Source of the DNA: an uncultured delta proteobacterium
Lineage (GTDB): Bacteria > Myxococcota_A > Polyangia > Polyangiales > Polyangiaceae
DNA length: 64,000 nucleotides
Assembly (NCBI GenBank): GCA_963782055.1
Contig: CAWAIF010000003.1
Span: 864,001 to 928,000, forward strand
Reading direction: 5' to 3'
In this document: one piece after another, positions 1 to 10,455 of the stretch
How positions within the stretch are numbered: position 1 is the stretch's first letter
Layout of the letters: each line of letters opens with the position of its first letter
Notes under the pieces: model-generated
The model's input: the letters and a program-made list of their open reading frames with translations, nothing else
Told to the model about the DNA's origin: nothing
The model's database searches: none
Made by a program: the position numbers and the translations under genes

Positions 1-121
1 GATTGAGCCGGTAACTCCTTTCGCGGCGCCTCGCGCGAGGGCCCGGGAGGGCGCCTTTACCGTGCCCGCCAAAGAAGAACGTGGACGCGGTACCGGCTCT
101 GCCTCTACACCTTGAGACCGC

Positions 122-3100
122 ATGATCCCCGGTCTCGGCAAGGAGCAGATCCTCCTCGGAAGCGCCCCCGACGCCGACGTGGTGCTTCAGGGGCCAGGAG
201 TCGCGCCTCACCACGCGCGCATCATCAAGCAGCAGGGGCAGCTCTTCTACGTGGACCTCGGCCAGGGCGCGAGCTTCGGCAACGGCGCGCCCGTCCCGCC
301 GAACCAGCCCGTCCCCTTCGACTTCCGCACCGTCTTCGCCGCCGGGCAGGTGACCGTCCCCCTCGGCCACCCCGCGATCGTGATGATGCTCATGGCCCCC
401 GGTCAGCTCCCCAACGTGCCGCGCGGGCACGTGGTCGTGGGACGCGATCCGGCGCGCGCCTCGCTCGTCGTCGGCCACGGCGCGGTCAGCTCGCAGCACG
501 CCACGGTGATGCTCGACCGCATGGCGGTGGTGGACCACGGGTCGACGAGCGGCACCTACGTGGCGGGCCAGCAGGTGCCCCCCAACCAGCCGGTGCCCAT
601 CGACCCCAACGGCGTCGTCGCCTTCGGGCCGGTGCCAGTGCCCGTCTCGGTGCTCGGCCAGTACGCGAACGCCGTGGCCAGTGGCGCCCCCGCGCCCGGC
701 GCGCCCATGGCCGGGGCGATGCCGGGCCAGCCGCCTCCGGGCCAGCCGATGCCGGGCCAGCCGGTCCCCGGCGCGCCGCCCGACGGCGCGCCCCCCCGCA
801 AGCACCGCACCGTCATCGGCGAGCTGGACATGGCGGCGCTGCAGAGCAGCGTCCTCACCATCGGCCGCACGCCGGACAATCAGATCGTCGTCCCGCACCC
901 GCAGGTGAGCTCGCGCCACGCGCAGATCATCAAGGTGGGCGACCAGCTCTTCATCGAGGACCTGCGCTCGGCCAACGGCACCTTCGTGCGCGGCCAGCGC
1001 CTGCCCCCCGGCCAGCGCGTCCCCGTGCAGAACGGCGAGAAGGTGCAGATCGGGCCGATGCCCCTTCTCATCCACATCGCCGGGCAGCAGATCAACGTCG
1101 TCGTCGAGGACCAGGCGAGCTGGGCGGGCAAGCCGCTCTACGAGATCGAGGCGTGGGACCTCTTCCTGGAGGTCCCCGATCGCGACAACAAGGCCACGAT
1201 GAAGGTCCTCCTGGACCACGTGTCCTTCAAGGCCCTCCCCGGCGACATGATCGCCCTGATGGGCCCGAGCGGCGCGGGCAAGACCACGCTGCTGATGACG
1301 CTCAACGGCTACCTGCCGCCCACGAGCGGGCAGGTGCGCATCAACGGCGAGGACCTCTACGCCATCTACGACGCGATGCGCGGGTCGATCGGCTACGTCC
1401 CGCAGGACGACATCGTCCACCCGGAGCTCACCGTCTTCGAGGCGGTGAAGTACTCCGCGCAGTTCCGCCTCCCGCCCGACTACTCCGACGACGAGATCAA
1501 CCAGCGCGTGGAGCAGACGCTGCGCGATCTGGGCCTGGAGGGCGTCAAGAACCTGCAGATCGGCAAGCCGGAGAAGAAGGTGCTCTCCGGCGGCCAGCGC
1601 AAGCGCGTCAACATCGCGCTGGAGCTGGTGACCGACCCGGTCATCCTCTTCCTGGACGAGCCGACGAGCGGTCTCGCCGCCGACGACACCACCGCCCTCA
1701 TCACCCTGCTGGCGGACCTGACGAAGCAGACCGGCAAGACGATCGTCATGACGATCCACCAGCCGGCGAAGGACGAGTTCGAGAAGTTCAACCTCGCCTT
1801 CATCATGGGCTACGGCGGCATCCCCACCTACTTCGGCCCCAGCGGCGAGGCCGCGTACCGCTTCTTCGGCGGCATCATCGAGCGGCCGAACAGCCCTTAC
1901 CGCGCCACGTACACCGGGCACGCGCAGCGGGTGGACAACCCGCGCGACATGTTCGACATGCTCAACCTGCGCGAGCGCTACGTGCACGAGGACATGAAGC
2001 GCCGCGACCCCACGACCCCGCGAAACATCGCGCGGCTCGAGGCCGCCCGCGGCTGGCGCGGAGAGTTCTTCCAGAACCAGAACGCCGTCTTCAACCAGAT
2101 GTTCTCCGGGCGGCGGGCCGTCGGCACCGAGCCGGCCACCCGCGGCACGCCGCACCGCGCCTCCACCCCGCGCCTGCGGCAGCTCGCCCTGCTGATGTCG
2201 CGCTACTGGAAGGTGAAGATCCGCGACCGCGCGGGCGCCGCCATCATGTTCCTGCAGGCGCCCATCATCGGCATCATGCTCGCGTTCGTCTTCGGCGGGC
2301 AGAAGCCGGCCATTCCCTTCTGGTGCCTCGGCGCGCTGCAGGAGCTGGCCAAGCGCAACGCCACGGCGACGAGCGCCACCTCCGACCTCCTGGGTCAGAT
2401 GCAGAACACCACGGACCACACGGCGGCGATGTTCTTCGTCGTCGTGTCCTGCGTGTGGTTCGGCACCAGCAACGCCGCCCGCGAGATCGTCACCGAGCGC
2501 GCGATCTACCTGCGCGAGCGCATGGTGAACCTCTCGCTCGTCAACTACGTCGTCTCCAAGTACGTGATCCTCAGCCTGGTGTGCGTGCTGCAGTGCACCA
2601 TGCTGCTGGCCATCGTCTTCTTCGCGCTCGGGTTCAACGGCGGCATCGGCGCCTTCGCGATGGAGCTGGTGAGCATGATCGCGGTGGCGATGAACGCGGC
2701 CGCCCTGGGCTTGCTCCTGTCCACGGTGGTCTCCTCCGCCGAGGCGGCGATGGCCCTCACGCCCATCGCGCTCATCCCGCAGGTCGTGCTCGGCGGGCTG
2801 ATGGTGCCCATGACCACCAACCCCATGCTCAAGCCGCTGATGATGGTGATGCCGGCGCGCTGGGGCTTCGAGGGATCCATCGCGCAGGAGCGCTTCTCCA
2901 TCGCCGGGGACTCGGCCTGGCTCATCGACCTGCACAAGCCCGGCCTCTCCAGCGCGCCCGATTTCATCAAGAACGGGCATTTCGAGTGCGCGGTCGCCCA
3001 GATCCAGAGCAGCGACCTCTCCGGCGCGTGGGGCTTCAGCAACTGGGATCTCACCGGGCTGCCCTGGGGCGTGCTCTACGGCATGACCCTGGTCATGCTC

Positions 3101-3142
3101 ATCGTCCTGATGATCCTGCTCAAGCGTCGCGACCCGGTCTGA
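122..3142 (+). CDS. FHA-domain ABC transporter (ATPase + ABC-2 permease; Rv1747-like architecture)
   Basis: FHA motifs (IGRTPDNQIV..VSSRHA..DLRSANGTFV), Walker A GPSGAGKT, LSGGQ signature, FLDEPTSG, C-terminal TM helices. Confidence 0.93.
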   Translation: MIPGLGKEQILLGSAPDADVVLQGPGVAPHHARIIKQQGQLFYVDLGQGASFGNGAPVPPNQPVPFDFRTVFAAGQVTVPLGHPAIVMMLMAPGQLPNVPRGHVVVGRDPARASLVVGHGAVSSQHATVMLDRMAVVDHGSTSGTYVAGQQVPPNQPVPIDPNGVVAFGPVPVPVSVLGQYANAVASGAPAPGAPMAGAMPGQPPPGQPMPGQPVPGAPPDGAPPRKHRTVIGELDMAALQSSVLTIGRTPDNQIVVPHPQVSSRHAQIIKVGDQLFIEDLRSANGTFVRGQRLPPGQRVPVQNGEKVQIGPMPLLIHIAGQQINVVVEDQASWAGKPLYEIEAWDLFLEVPDRDNKATMKVLLDHVSFKALPGDMIALMGPSGAGKTTLLMTLNGYLPPTSGQVRINGEDLYAIYDAMRGSIGYVPQDDIVHPELTVFEAVKYSAQFRLPPDYSDDEINQRVEQTLRDLGLEGVKNLQIGKPEKKVLSGGQRKRVNIALELVTDPVILFLDEPTSGLAADDTTALITLLADLTKQTGKTIVMTIHQPAKDEFEKFNLAFIMGYGGIPTYFGPSGEAAYRFFGGIIERPNSPYRATYTGHAQRVDNPRDMFDMLNLRERYVHEDMKRRDPTTPRNIARLEAARGWRGEFFQNQNAVFNQMFSGRRAVGTEPATRGTPHRASTPRLRQLALLMSRYWKVKIRDRAGAAIMFLQAPIIGIMLAFVFGGQKPAIPFWCLGALQELAKRNATATSATSDLLGQMQNTTDHTAAMFFVVVSCVWFGTSNAAREIVTERAIYLRERMVNLSLVNYVVSKYVILSLVCVLQCTMLLAIVFFALGFNGGIGAFAMELVSMIAVAMNAAALGLLLSTVVSSAEAAMALTPIALIPQVVLGGLMVPMTTNPMLKPLMMVMPARWGFEGSIAQERFSIAGDSAWLIDLHKPGLSSAPDFIKNGHFECAVAQIQSSDLSGAWGFSNWDLTGLPWGVLYGMTLVMLIVLMILLKRRDPV

Positions 3143-3200
3143 AGAGCCGTCGTCTCCCGCCGATCACGCGCGGCGTGCGCACGCCGCGACTTGTTGTACC

Positions 3201-4958
3201 ATGGGGGACCGGTATCACCCGCGAGCGAAGAGCGTGAAGAGCTGCCCCAAGTGCCAGCAACGGTTCGGTGACGACCGGACGTTCTGCTTCCTCGACGGGA
3301 CGCCGCTCACCGAGCTCTCCGACGCGCGCCTGGGGACCGCGATCGCCGGGCGCTACACGCTGGAGAGCGTCATCGGCGAGGGCGGCATGGCCATCGTCTA
3401 CCGGGCGCGGCACAAGGTGATGGACCAGCCCTTCGCCATCAAGGTGATGAGCCCGCTGCTCGCGCGCGACCCGGTGGTGCGCGAGCGCTTCCGGCGCGAG
3501 GCCAAGAGCGCCAAGAAGATCGCCCACCCCAACATCATCGAGATCTTCGAGGAGGGCGACACCGGCGACGGCACCGCCTACATGGTGATGGAGTACCTGC
3601 AGGGCGAGAGCCTGGCGGACATAATAACCCGGGGGCCCATCGACGCGAAGCGCGCCGTCGCGCTGATGATCCAGATGGCCCGTGGCATCGCGCGCGCGCA
3701 CGACCTGGGCGTCATTCACCGCGACCTCAAGCCGGAGAACATCTTCGTCTGCCAGCGCGCCGACGCGACGGACCTCGTCAAGCTGCTGGACTTCGGCATC
3801 GCGCTCTCCAAGCAGGACTCGCGCCTCACCGGGACCGGCGAGCTGTTCGGCACGCCGCAGTACATGGCGCCCGAGCGCATCACCTCCACCGACACTGGCC
3901 CGGCCTCCGACCTGTACGCGCTGGGCGTCATCTTCTTCGAGATGCTGAGCGGCCGCCTGCCCTTCGACGCGCCGGACGTGGCCACCTTCTTCGTCCGGCA
4001 CATCAAGGAGACGCCCCTGCCCATCCGCAAGCTCGCGCCGGGCACGCCGGAGGGGCTCGCCGACCTCATCGACCGACTGCTCGCCAAGGACCCGAAGGAG
4101 CGGCCGGTGGACGCGCACAAGGTGACGGCCGAGCTGGTGGCCGTCGCCGAGGAGCTGGGCGCGCCCATCCCACCGGAGCCCGCCGCCGACCCGGAGAGCC
4201 AGCGCTTCCCCTCCATGCCGCTCTCCGAGGGCGGCACGCGCCGGTGGATGCGCCGCGCCGACGTGCTGCGCGAGATGCTGCGGCGGGCCTACGCCGGGCA
4301 GGCGCCGCCGCCCGCGCTCGTGCAGCTGCTCGACCGCGTCACCGAGCTCGCGCGCAACGTGGCCGACCTGAGGTCGAAGAGCGTCGTGGAGCAGAACAAG
4401 CTGGAGGAGATCGCCCGGCGCGGGCGCGACGGGCGACAGCGCCTCGGCTACGCGGTGGACGCGCTCGGCCTGGACACCTCGCGGGCGCGCGAGGAGCTGC
4501 GCCACACCGAGGAGGCCATCGCCTCCGCGCGCAAGAACGTGGAGGCGGCGCGCAAGCAGTTCCTGCAGGTGCACAAGGACATCACCCTCTGGGAGGGCCG
4601 CTGCGGCTTCGCCGAGCCGTACGAGGACCTGATGAACGCCTACCGCGACGCCGCCGACGTCATCGAGGGCTGGCTCTCCGCGCGCGGGACGGAGCGGCGC
4701 GCGGGGTCGCAGGTGGACGAGCAGCGCAAGGCGGTGGGCGAGATGGAGTTCCAGCTCACGCAGCTCCGCGAGTCGTTGCTCACGCACGAGCAGGACATCG
4801 AGGCGGAGCGGGAGGCGACGGAGGGGCTGGTGGTGCAGCTCACGCACGAGACCGACGAGGCGGAGGAGGAGCTGCTGTCGCTGGCGGAGGCGTTCTGCGA
4901 GCCGCTGCGGGAGCGCGCGGAGCTGGATGCGTTGTTCCGGCAGCTGGAGGCGGCGTAG
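3201..4958 (+). CDS. Ser/Thr protein kinase with C-terminal coiled coil (start may be GTG 3234)
   Basis: IGEGGMAIVY, AIK, HRDLKPEN, DFG, GTPQYMAPE. Confidence 0.93.
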   Translation: MGDRYHPRAKSVKSCPKCQQRFGDDRTFCFLDGTPLTELSDARLGTAIAGRYTLESVIGEGGMAIVYRARHKVMDQPFAIKVMSPLLARDPVVRERFRREAKSAKKIAHPNIIEIFEEGDTGDGTAYMVMEYLQGESLADIITRGPIDAKRAVALMIQMARGIARAHDLGVIHRDLKPENIFVCQRADATDLVKLLDFGIALSKQDSRLTGTGELFGTPQYMAPERITSTDTGPASDLYALGVIFFEMLSGRLPFDAPDVATFFVRHIKETPLPIRKLAPGTPEGLADLIDRLLAKDPKERPVDAHKVTAELVAVAEELGAPIPPEPAADPESQRFPSMPLSEGGTRRWMRRADVLREMLRRAYAGQAPPPALVQLLDRVTELARNVADLRSKSVVEQNKLEEIARRGRDGRQRLGYAVDALGLDTSRAREELRHTEEAIASARKNVEAARKQFLQVHKDITLWEGRCGFAEPYEDLMNAYRDAADVIEGWLSARGTERRAGSQVDEQRKAVGEMEFQLTQLRESLLTHEQDIEAEREATEGLVVQLTHETDEAEEELLSLAEAFCEPLRERAELDALFRQLEAA

Positions 4959-4965
4959 GGAGAGG

Positions 4966-5970
4966 ATGGTGCTCCCGCCCGACCGCTCCTTCGCCTCCGC
5001 CTGCGAGGGCTCCATCGTCGGCCTCGCCGTCGGCGACGCGCTGGGCTTCCCCGCCGAGTTCCGGCGGCGAGACCCCATCCTCGCGTCCTTCGGCGCGGAG
5101 GGCATCACCGACTTCGTCGCCCTGCACGATCCGCGCTGGCCCGCGCGCCCGGCGATCATGGGCAAGGCGCACCCGCCCGGCACCTACAGCGACGACACGC
5201 AGATGACGCTCGCGCTGGCGGAGGGTTTGCTGGAGACGCGCGACGAGGACGACCTGGACACGCGCATGAACGCGATCGGCCGGCGCTTCGTCGCGTGGAG
5301 CGGCGCCGACGACAACGATCGCGCGCCCGGCAACGCGTGCATGACCGGCTGCCACGCCTTCGCGCGCGGCGCGCCGTGGCGCACCTCCGGCGTCGCCGAC
5401 TCGAAGGGTTGCGGCAGCGCGATGCGCGTCGCGCCGATCGGCCTGCTCTACGCGCACGACCTGCCGAGGGTGCTGGAGCTGGCGCGCGCGCAGTCGCTGC
5501 TCACCCACCGCCACGACGCCGGCGTGGAGGGCGCCGCCGCCGCCGCGCTCCTCGTCGCGCTCGCGGTGCAGCGCCGCTCCCCGGAGGAGATGATCGTGGC
5601 CGTCCGCCGCGAGTGCTCGCCGCGCTCCCCCGACTTCGCCGCCTGCTGGGAGAAGCTCGACGCCCTCCGCGAGGCGCCGCCGGAGATCGCCCTCTCCTCG
5701 CGAGGGCTGGGCGAGGGCTGGGTCGCCGAGGAAGCGGTGGCGTCGGCGATGTGGTGCTTCCGGCGCGCCCCGGACGACTTCTCCCGCGCGGTGCTCACCG
5801 CCGCCACGACCGACGGCGACTCCGACAGCCTCGCGTGCATCGCCGGAGGGATCGCCGGCGCGTACCTGGGCGCGGCCGCCATCCCGGCGAAGTGGCGTCG
5901 CGACGTGGAGAACGCCGCCGCCCTCCGCGACCTCGCGCAGAGGATCGCGACCCGCGCGGCGCAGCGCTGA
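4966..5970 (+). CDS. ADP-ribosylglycohydrolase family protein
   Basis: GLAVGDALGFP, YSDDTQMT, GCGSAMRVAPIG, GDSDSLACIAG. Confidence 0.92.
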   Translation: MVLPPDRSFASACEGSIVGLAVGDALGFPAEFRRRDPILASFGAEGITDFVALHDPRWPARPAIMGKAHPPGTYSDDTQMTLALAEGLLETRDEDDLDTRMNAIGRRFVAWSGADDNDRAPGNACMTGCHAFARGAPWRTSGVADSKGCGSAMRVAPIGLLYAHDLPRVLELARAQSLLTHRHDAGVEGAAAAALLVALAVQRRSPEEMIVAVRRECSPRSPDFAACWEKLDALREAPPEIALSSRGLGEGWVAEEAVASAMWCFRRAPDDFSRAVLTAATTDGDSDSLACIAGGIAGAYLGAAAIPAKWRRDVENAAALRDLAQRIATRAAQR

Positions 5971-6032
5971 GCCCAGGGATTGCTTCAGGGACTCGCATGG
6001 CGGGGAGGGGCCCCCTCCTCTTCCTCTCTCTC

Positions 6033-6806
6033 TCACCGGAACCAGTAGTGGTGCACCACGAACACCACCCCGAAGATCCGCTGCTCGTGCCGCCCGAGCA
6101 GCGTCGCGCCGGGGAACGCGCCGGGATCGACGCCGTCGGGCACGCCGGTCATCCCGGGCGCCCAGAGCTCCAGCCGCTCGCCGAACACCCACGGGATCGC
6201 CACCGGGCCGACGACGAGCCACACGCCGGCGTCGTCGCCGTCGCGCTGTCGCGAGGTGAGCGCGGCGCCGGTGCGGTCCTCCGCGTCGGCGCCCAGCGGC
6301 TCGAGGCGCAGGATGCCCGCCACGTTGCCGCCGGGCATCGGGAAGACGGCGCTCATGTAGCGCGACTCGCCTCGCTGCCACGTGGCGTAGGCGACGGCCT
6401 GCATCACCTCGCCGGAGCCGGCGTAGGCGCGGATCACCGCCCGCGCGTCGGCGCGGCCGTCGAGCGAGGGGTCGATCGCCATCGCGCGCGTCACGATGCG
6501 CCCCTCCCGTCGCGGCAGCACGAACTGCCCGATGAGGCGCATCGCGTGCCGCGCGATCGGCCAGACCCACGAGAAGGGGAAGCGCCAGTGGCTGCGCACG
6601 AGCAGATCGAGCGACGCGGTGTCCTCGAAGAAGCGGGCGACCGCCGGGTGGATGCGCGCCACGTCCACGCCGGGGTTGGCGAGATCGGCGACGCGATCGA
6701 CGACGCCGCGCGGCGCGGGATCGCGCGAGACCAGCGCCCCGCGCCGGGCAAAGTAGTCCGCCCCGACGTGGAGGAAGCCCCCGAAGCGGCTGCGCGCGGC
6801 CCTCAC
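6033..6806 (-). CDS. hypothetical protein (possibly YndJ C-terminal-like)
   Basis: Protein-like ORF (IHPAVARFFEDT..); family call from memory only; start GTG inferred. Confidence 0.55.
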   Translation of the reverse strand: MRAARSRFGGFLHVGADYFARRGALVSRDPAPRGVVDRVADLANPGVDVARIHPAVARFFEDTASLDLLVRSHWRFPFSWVWPIARHAMRLIGQFVLPRREGRIVTRAMAIDPSLDGRADARAVIRAYAGSGEVMQAVAYATWQRGESRYMSAVFPMPGGNVAGILRLEPLGADAEDRTGAALTSRQRDGDDAGVWLVVGPVAIPWVFGERLELWAPGMTGVPDGVDPGAFPGATLLGRHEQRIFGVVFVVHHYWFR

Positions 6807-7171
6807 TGGATGGTGGAGTTGTCCACCTGCGGGTCGCCGTTCGCCAGGACGAAGATGCCCGGGTAGCCCTTCGTCTCGAAGCCGTCGGAGGGGTTGTCGG
6901 TCAGGGTGGAGTCCGCGGTGCAGGCGAGGACCACGAGGACACGAGAACGGTGACGCCCGGTGCGATCGCTCATGACGAGCCTCCCGGCGATCAGGATAGG
7001 CCGATCGCCCTTCCGATGCACGCCAGCGCGGTCGCGTGGCGCGCACGAGGAGCCCGATACCGGAAGGCGGACGCGCGCTGGTTGAGCGACGAGGCTCTCG
7101 AGGCGCGACGCGCTCGCCGCCGCGCGTGAGCGCCTGTCCCCGGGAGCCGGGAGCCTGTAACGTGGTCCGCC

Positions 7172-8194
7172 ATGCGCCCCTGGTCCGTCCCCCTCCACGG
7201 CAAGCTCGAGGAGATGACCCTCGAAAGCGCGCTCCTGCGCGACAACCCCCTCGGCGATCCCAGCGAGCGCCCGCTCTGGGTCTACACGCCTCCCGCGTCG
7301 GTGAAGCACCCCGAGCGCCGGCTGCCGGTCATCTACCTCATCCAGGGCCTCACCGGGCAGCTCGACATGTGGCGCAACCGCGCGCCCTTCCGGCGCAACG
7401 TGCCCGAGCTGGTCGACGAGCTCTTCGCCCGCGAGGACGTGCCGCCGTGCTTCGTCGTCTACGTGGACGCGTGGACGGCCTACGGCGGGAGCCAGTTCGT
7501 CGACTCGCCCGGCACCGGCAAGTACATGTCCTACCTCTGCGACGAGGTCGTTCCCTTCGTCGACGCGCGCTATCCGACCCTCGCCGACCGCGATCACCGC
7601 GCGCTCACCGGCAAGTCGAGCGGCGGCTACGGCGCCATGGTGGTGCCCATGCTGCGGCCGGACGTCTTCGGCGCGCTGGCGACGCACGCGGGGGATGCGC
7701 TCTTCGAGCTCTGCTACGCCCACGGCTTCGGCAACACCGTCCGCGCCCTGCGCGATCACTACGAGGGATCCTACGAGAAGTTCTGGGAGGAGTTCCGCAA
7801 GCGGCCCGCCTTCAGCAAGGCGACCGACGCGACGCTGCTCAACGACTTCTGCATGGCCGCCTGCTACTCCGCCGACGCCGACGGCACCGTGCGCCTGCCC
7901 TTCGACGTGACGACCGGCCGGCGCATCCCGGAGGTGTGGGACCGCTGGCTCGCGTGGGATCCGGTGTACATGGCGCCGAAGTACGCCGAGGCGCTCCGAT
8001 CCATGCGCGGGATCTACATCGACGCGGGCAAGCGCGACGAGTGGTACCTGGATCTCGGCGCGGAGGCGTTCCGCGGCGAGCTGGAGAAGCTCGGCGTGAA
8101 GGAGGTCTTCTGCGAGCTCTTCGACGCCACGCACTCCGCCATCGAGTACCGCTACCCGATCGCGATGGAGTACCTGGCGCGCAAGCTCGCCTGA
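7172..8194 (+). CDS. alpha/beta hydrolase, enterochelin-esterase-like
   Basis: DNPLGDPSERPLWVYTPP, nucleophile motif GKSSGGYG. Confidence 0.88.
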   Translation: MRPWSVPLHGKLEEMTLESALLRDNPLGDPSERPLWVYTPPASVKHPERRLPVIYLIQGLTGQLDMWRNRAPFRRNVPELVDELFAREDVPPCFVVYVDAWTAYGGSQFVDSPGTGKYMSYLCDEVVPFVDARYPTLADRDHRALTGKSSGGYGAMVVPMLRPDVFGALATHAGDALFELCYAHGFGNTVRALRDHYEGSYEKFWEEFRKRPAFSKATDATLLNDFCMAACYSADADGTVRLPFDVTTGRRIPEVWDRWLAWDPVYMAPKYAEALRSMRGIYIDAGKRDEWYLDLGAEAFRGELEKLGVKEVFCELFDATHSAIEYRYPIAMEYLARKLA

Positions 8195-8400
8195 CGCCGG
8201 GGGGAGCCGATCCTCCGGAACGTACGCGCAAGCCCTTCACCTCAGGCAAAGCGGACTTATGTTCCAGGCGTGCCCGCGAAGGTCGGACACCCACCGGAGC
8301 GGCTGGCTCCGGGCGGACGCGCCGCCGGCCAGGTGAGGCAACCTGGCCCGGTCATGACGTCGCCCGGAATCGCCTTAGGGTGGTGGTGGGGCTCCACACG

Positions 8401-9093
8401 ATGTTTCTCGCGCTGATGGTCATCGGCCTCGCAGGCCTTTTGTTGATGGCGGTGCCCGCGTTCGGGCGGCACGGTCACGGCCCGAGCGGCGTTCATGGGC
8501 GCGGCGGGGCCGGGCGCCTCGTGGCGGGGCACGGCGGCGCCGGGCGCGCGGCGCTCGTCGCCAGCAGCAAGGCGGGCGCGGCGGCGGGGGCGGCCAGCGC
8601 GACCGGCAGGGAGGACGAACCGGAGACGGCGGTCCACCGCCTGCTCGGCCTCCTGCCCTCACCCCGCGCGGTCTGCAGCGTGCTCGCGCTCTACGGCGCG
8701 TTCGGCAACGCGCTCGTCCACGCCGGTCACCTGCCCTTTGGCGTCGCCGCCCTCGTCGCGACGATCCCCGCGCTGCTGGTGGAGCGCCTCGTGGTGCGGC
8801 CGGTGTGGAACCTCGTCTTCCGCTTCCAGGGGCAGCCGAGCACCCCGCTCGACACGCTCCTCCTCTCGGAGGCGAAGGCGGTCGTCCCCTTCCGTAACGG
8901 GCGCGGCCTCGTCTCGGTCGTGCGTGACGGGCGCGTCGTGCAGCTCTCCGCGACGCTCCGCGTCGACCAGCGCAGCCTGCCGGTGCGCGTCGGCGAGCGG
9001 CTGCGCGTGGACGATGTGGACGCGCGCCGCGAGCGCGTGACGGTCTCGGTCCTCGGTCTCAGCAAGGAGTCATCATGCCAGAACCATCATTGA
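8401..9093 (+). CDS. membrane protein with C-terminal OB-like domain (NfeD/YqiJ-like flotillin partner)
   Basis: Hydrophobic helices then a beta-rich C-terminus; overlaps the start of the flotillin gene. Confidence 0.65.
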   Translation: MFLALMVIGLAGLLLMAVPAFGRHGHGPSGVHGRGGAGRLVAGHGGAGRAALVASSKAGAAAGAASATGREDEPETAVHRLLGLLPSPRAVCSVLALYGAFGNALVHAGHLPFGVAALVATIPALLVERLVVRPVWNLVFRFQGQPSTPLDTLLLSEAKAVVPFRNGRGLVSVVRDGRVVQLSATLRVDQRSLPVRVGERLRVDDVDARRERVTVSVLGLSKESSCQNHH

Positions 9094-10406
9094 TCATCGC
9101 AGGTGTCGTCGTCCTCGCCGTGGTGCTGCTCACCATGACGATGATCACGACCTTCCTTCGCAGCGTCGACGCGGGGGAGATCCTCCTCGCCAGCCGCGGG
9201 CGCAACCTCAAGATCTACCGCGGCCCCTGCAAGGCCCTCATCGTGCCGGTCATCACGCAGGTGCGCGTCATCCCGGCGCAGGCCATCAACGTCGACATCG
9301 AGATCACCGACCAGACGGCGGACATCGACGCCACCGGCCGCTCGGCCCCGGTGAAGGTCACCGTGAAGGCGTCGGCGATCGTGAGCGTCGGCGAGGACGA
9401 GGCGATGGTGAACACCGCCGCCAACAAGTTCTTCTCCAAGTCGCCCGTGACGCAGCTCTCGACGCTGACCGACGTGCTCTCGTCCGCTGGCCGCCGCGCC
9501 ATCAACCTGCTCAAGCACGATCAGCTCTTCAACGTGCGGACCATCGCCGCGTCGCAGCCCGCGGCCGCGGCCGTCGGCCCGGATGGGCACGCGCTCCCCG
9601 AGCGCAGCGAGGACGACGAGCTGGCCGTGATCATCAAGGACGCCTGCTCCCGCGAGCTGCTGGACCTCGGCCTCTCCTTCAACAGCCTGAACATCAAGGC
9701 GGTGCTGAGCGAGGTCGCCGAGGCGCGGCGTCGCGAGTCAGCGGCACGCGCCAAGGCGGACGCCGACGTCGTACAGGCGCAAGAGGAGCAGCGCGCGCGC
9801 GTCGCTCAGCTGGAGGCGGCGCAGAAGATCAACGATCAGGAGCGCGCGCTCAACATGCAGATCGCGTCCAACGCGGCCTCGGTGGCGAGGGCGGAGGCCG
9901 AGAAGCAGGCCGCCATCCGGGACAGGCGCGAGGCGGAGCTCGGGGCATCGCAGATCACCCAGGCCCGCGCCGACGCCGAGCAGAACCTCATCGCGCAGGA
10001 GGCGGACGGTCGCGCCCAGGCCGCGCGCATCAAGGCGATCGCCGAGGCAGAGGCGGAGGCGATCCGCCGCAAGGCTCTCGCGCTCATGGAGGCGGGTGGC
10101 ATCTACCTCGATCTGCGGCGGCTCGAGCTCGCGCCGGAGCTGACACAGCAGGTCGCCGCGGCGCTCGCCGGCGGGCAGTTCGTCAACTTCGGCACCTCGG
10201 GTGGCGCGGGGAGCGATCACGGCGCGGTCAGCACCGGCTCCGACGACGTGCTCCGTGTGGTCCAGACGCTCATGGCAGCGAAGGTGGTGACCGACTCCCC
10301 GCCGCCGGCGAGGGACACCCACGGCAACGGGACGGCCCGCGCCGCGCTGGAGGGCAAGCAGGTCGCGACGACCCTCCCCGCCCGCGCTCGCGGTCGCGAG
10401 CCGTGA
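9075..10406 (+). CDS. SPFH/flotillin family protein
   Basis: N-terminal TM, SPFH-like region, Ala/Glu-rich coiled coil (AEAEAEA). Confidence 0.82.
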   Translation: MPEPSLIIAGVVVLAVVLLTMTMITTFLRSVDAGEILLASRGRNLKIYRGPCKALIVPVITQVRVIPAQAINVDIEITDQTADIDATGRSAPVKVTVKASAIVSVGEDEAMVNTAANKFFSKSPVTQLSTLTDVLSSAGRRAINLLKHDQLFNVRTIAASQPAAAAVGPDGHALPERSEDDELAVIIKDACSRELLDLGLSFNSLNIKAVLSEVAEARRRESAARAKADADVVQAQEEQRARVAQLEAAQKINDQERALNMQIASNAASVARAEAEKQAAIRDRREAELGASQITQARADAEQNLIAQEADGRAQAARIKAIAEAEAEAIRRKALALMEAGGIYLDLRRLELAPELTQQVAAALAGGQFVNFGTSGGAGSDHGAVSTGSDDVLRVVQTLMAAKVVTDSPPPARDTHGNGTARAALEGKQVATTLPARARGREP

Positions 10407-10455
10407 GGGACCTCGCGAGACAACCTCCGCGGGTGGTGTATCCTCGACCTACCAG

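Noticed and set aside
6803..6973. 56-aa ORF overlapping the start of the 6033-6806 gene
   Set aside because: May be real or a fragment; no recognisable motif to support it
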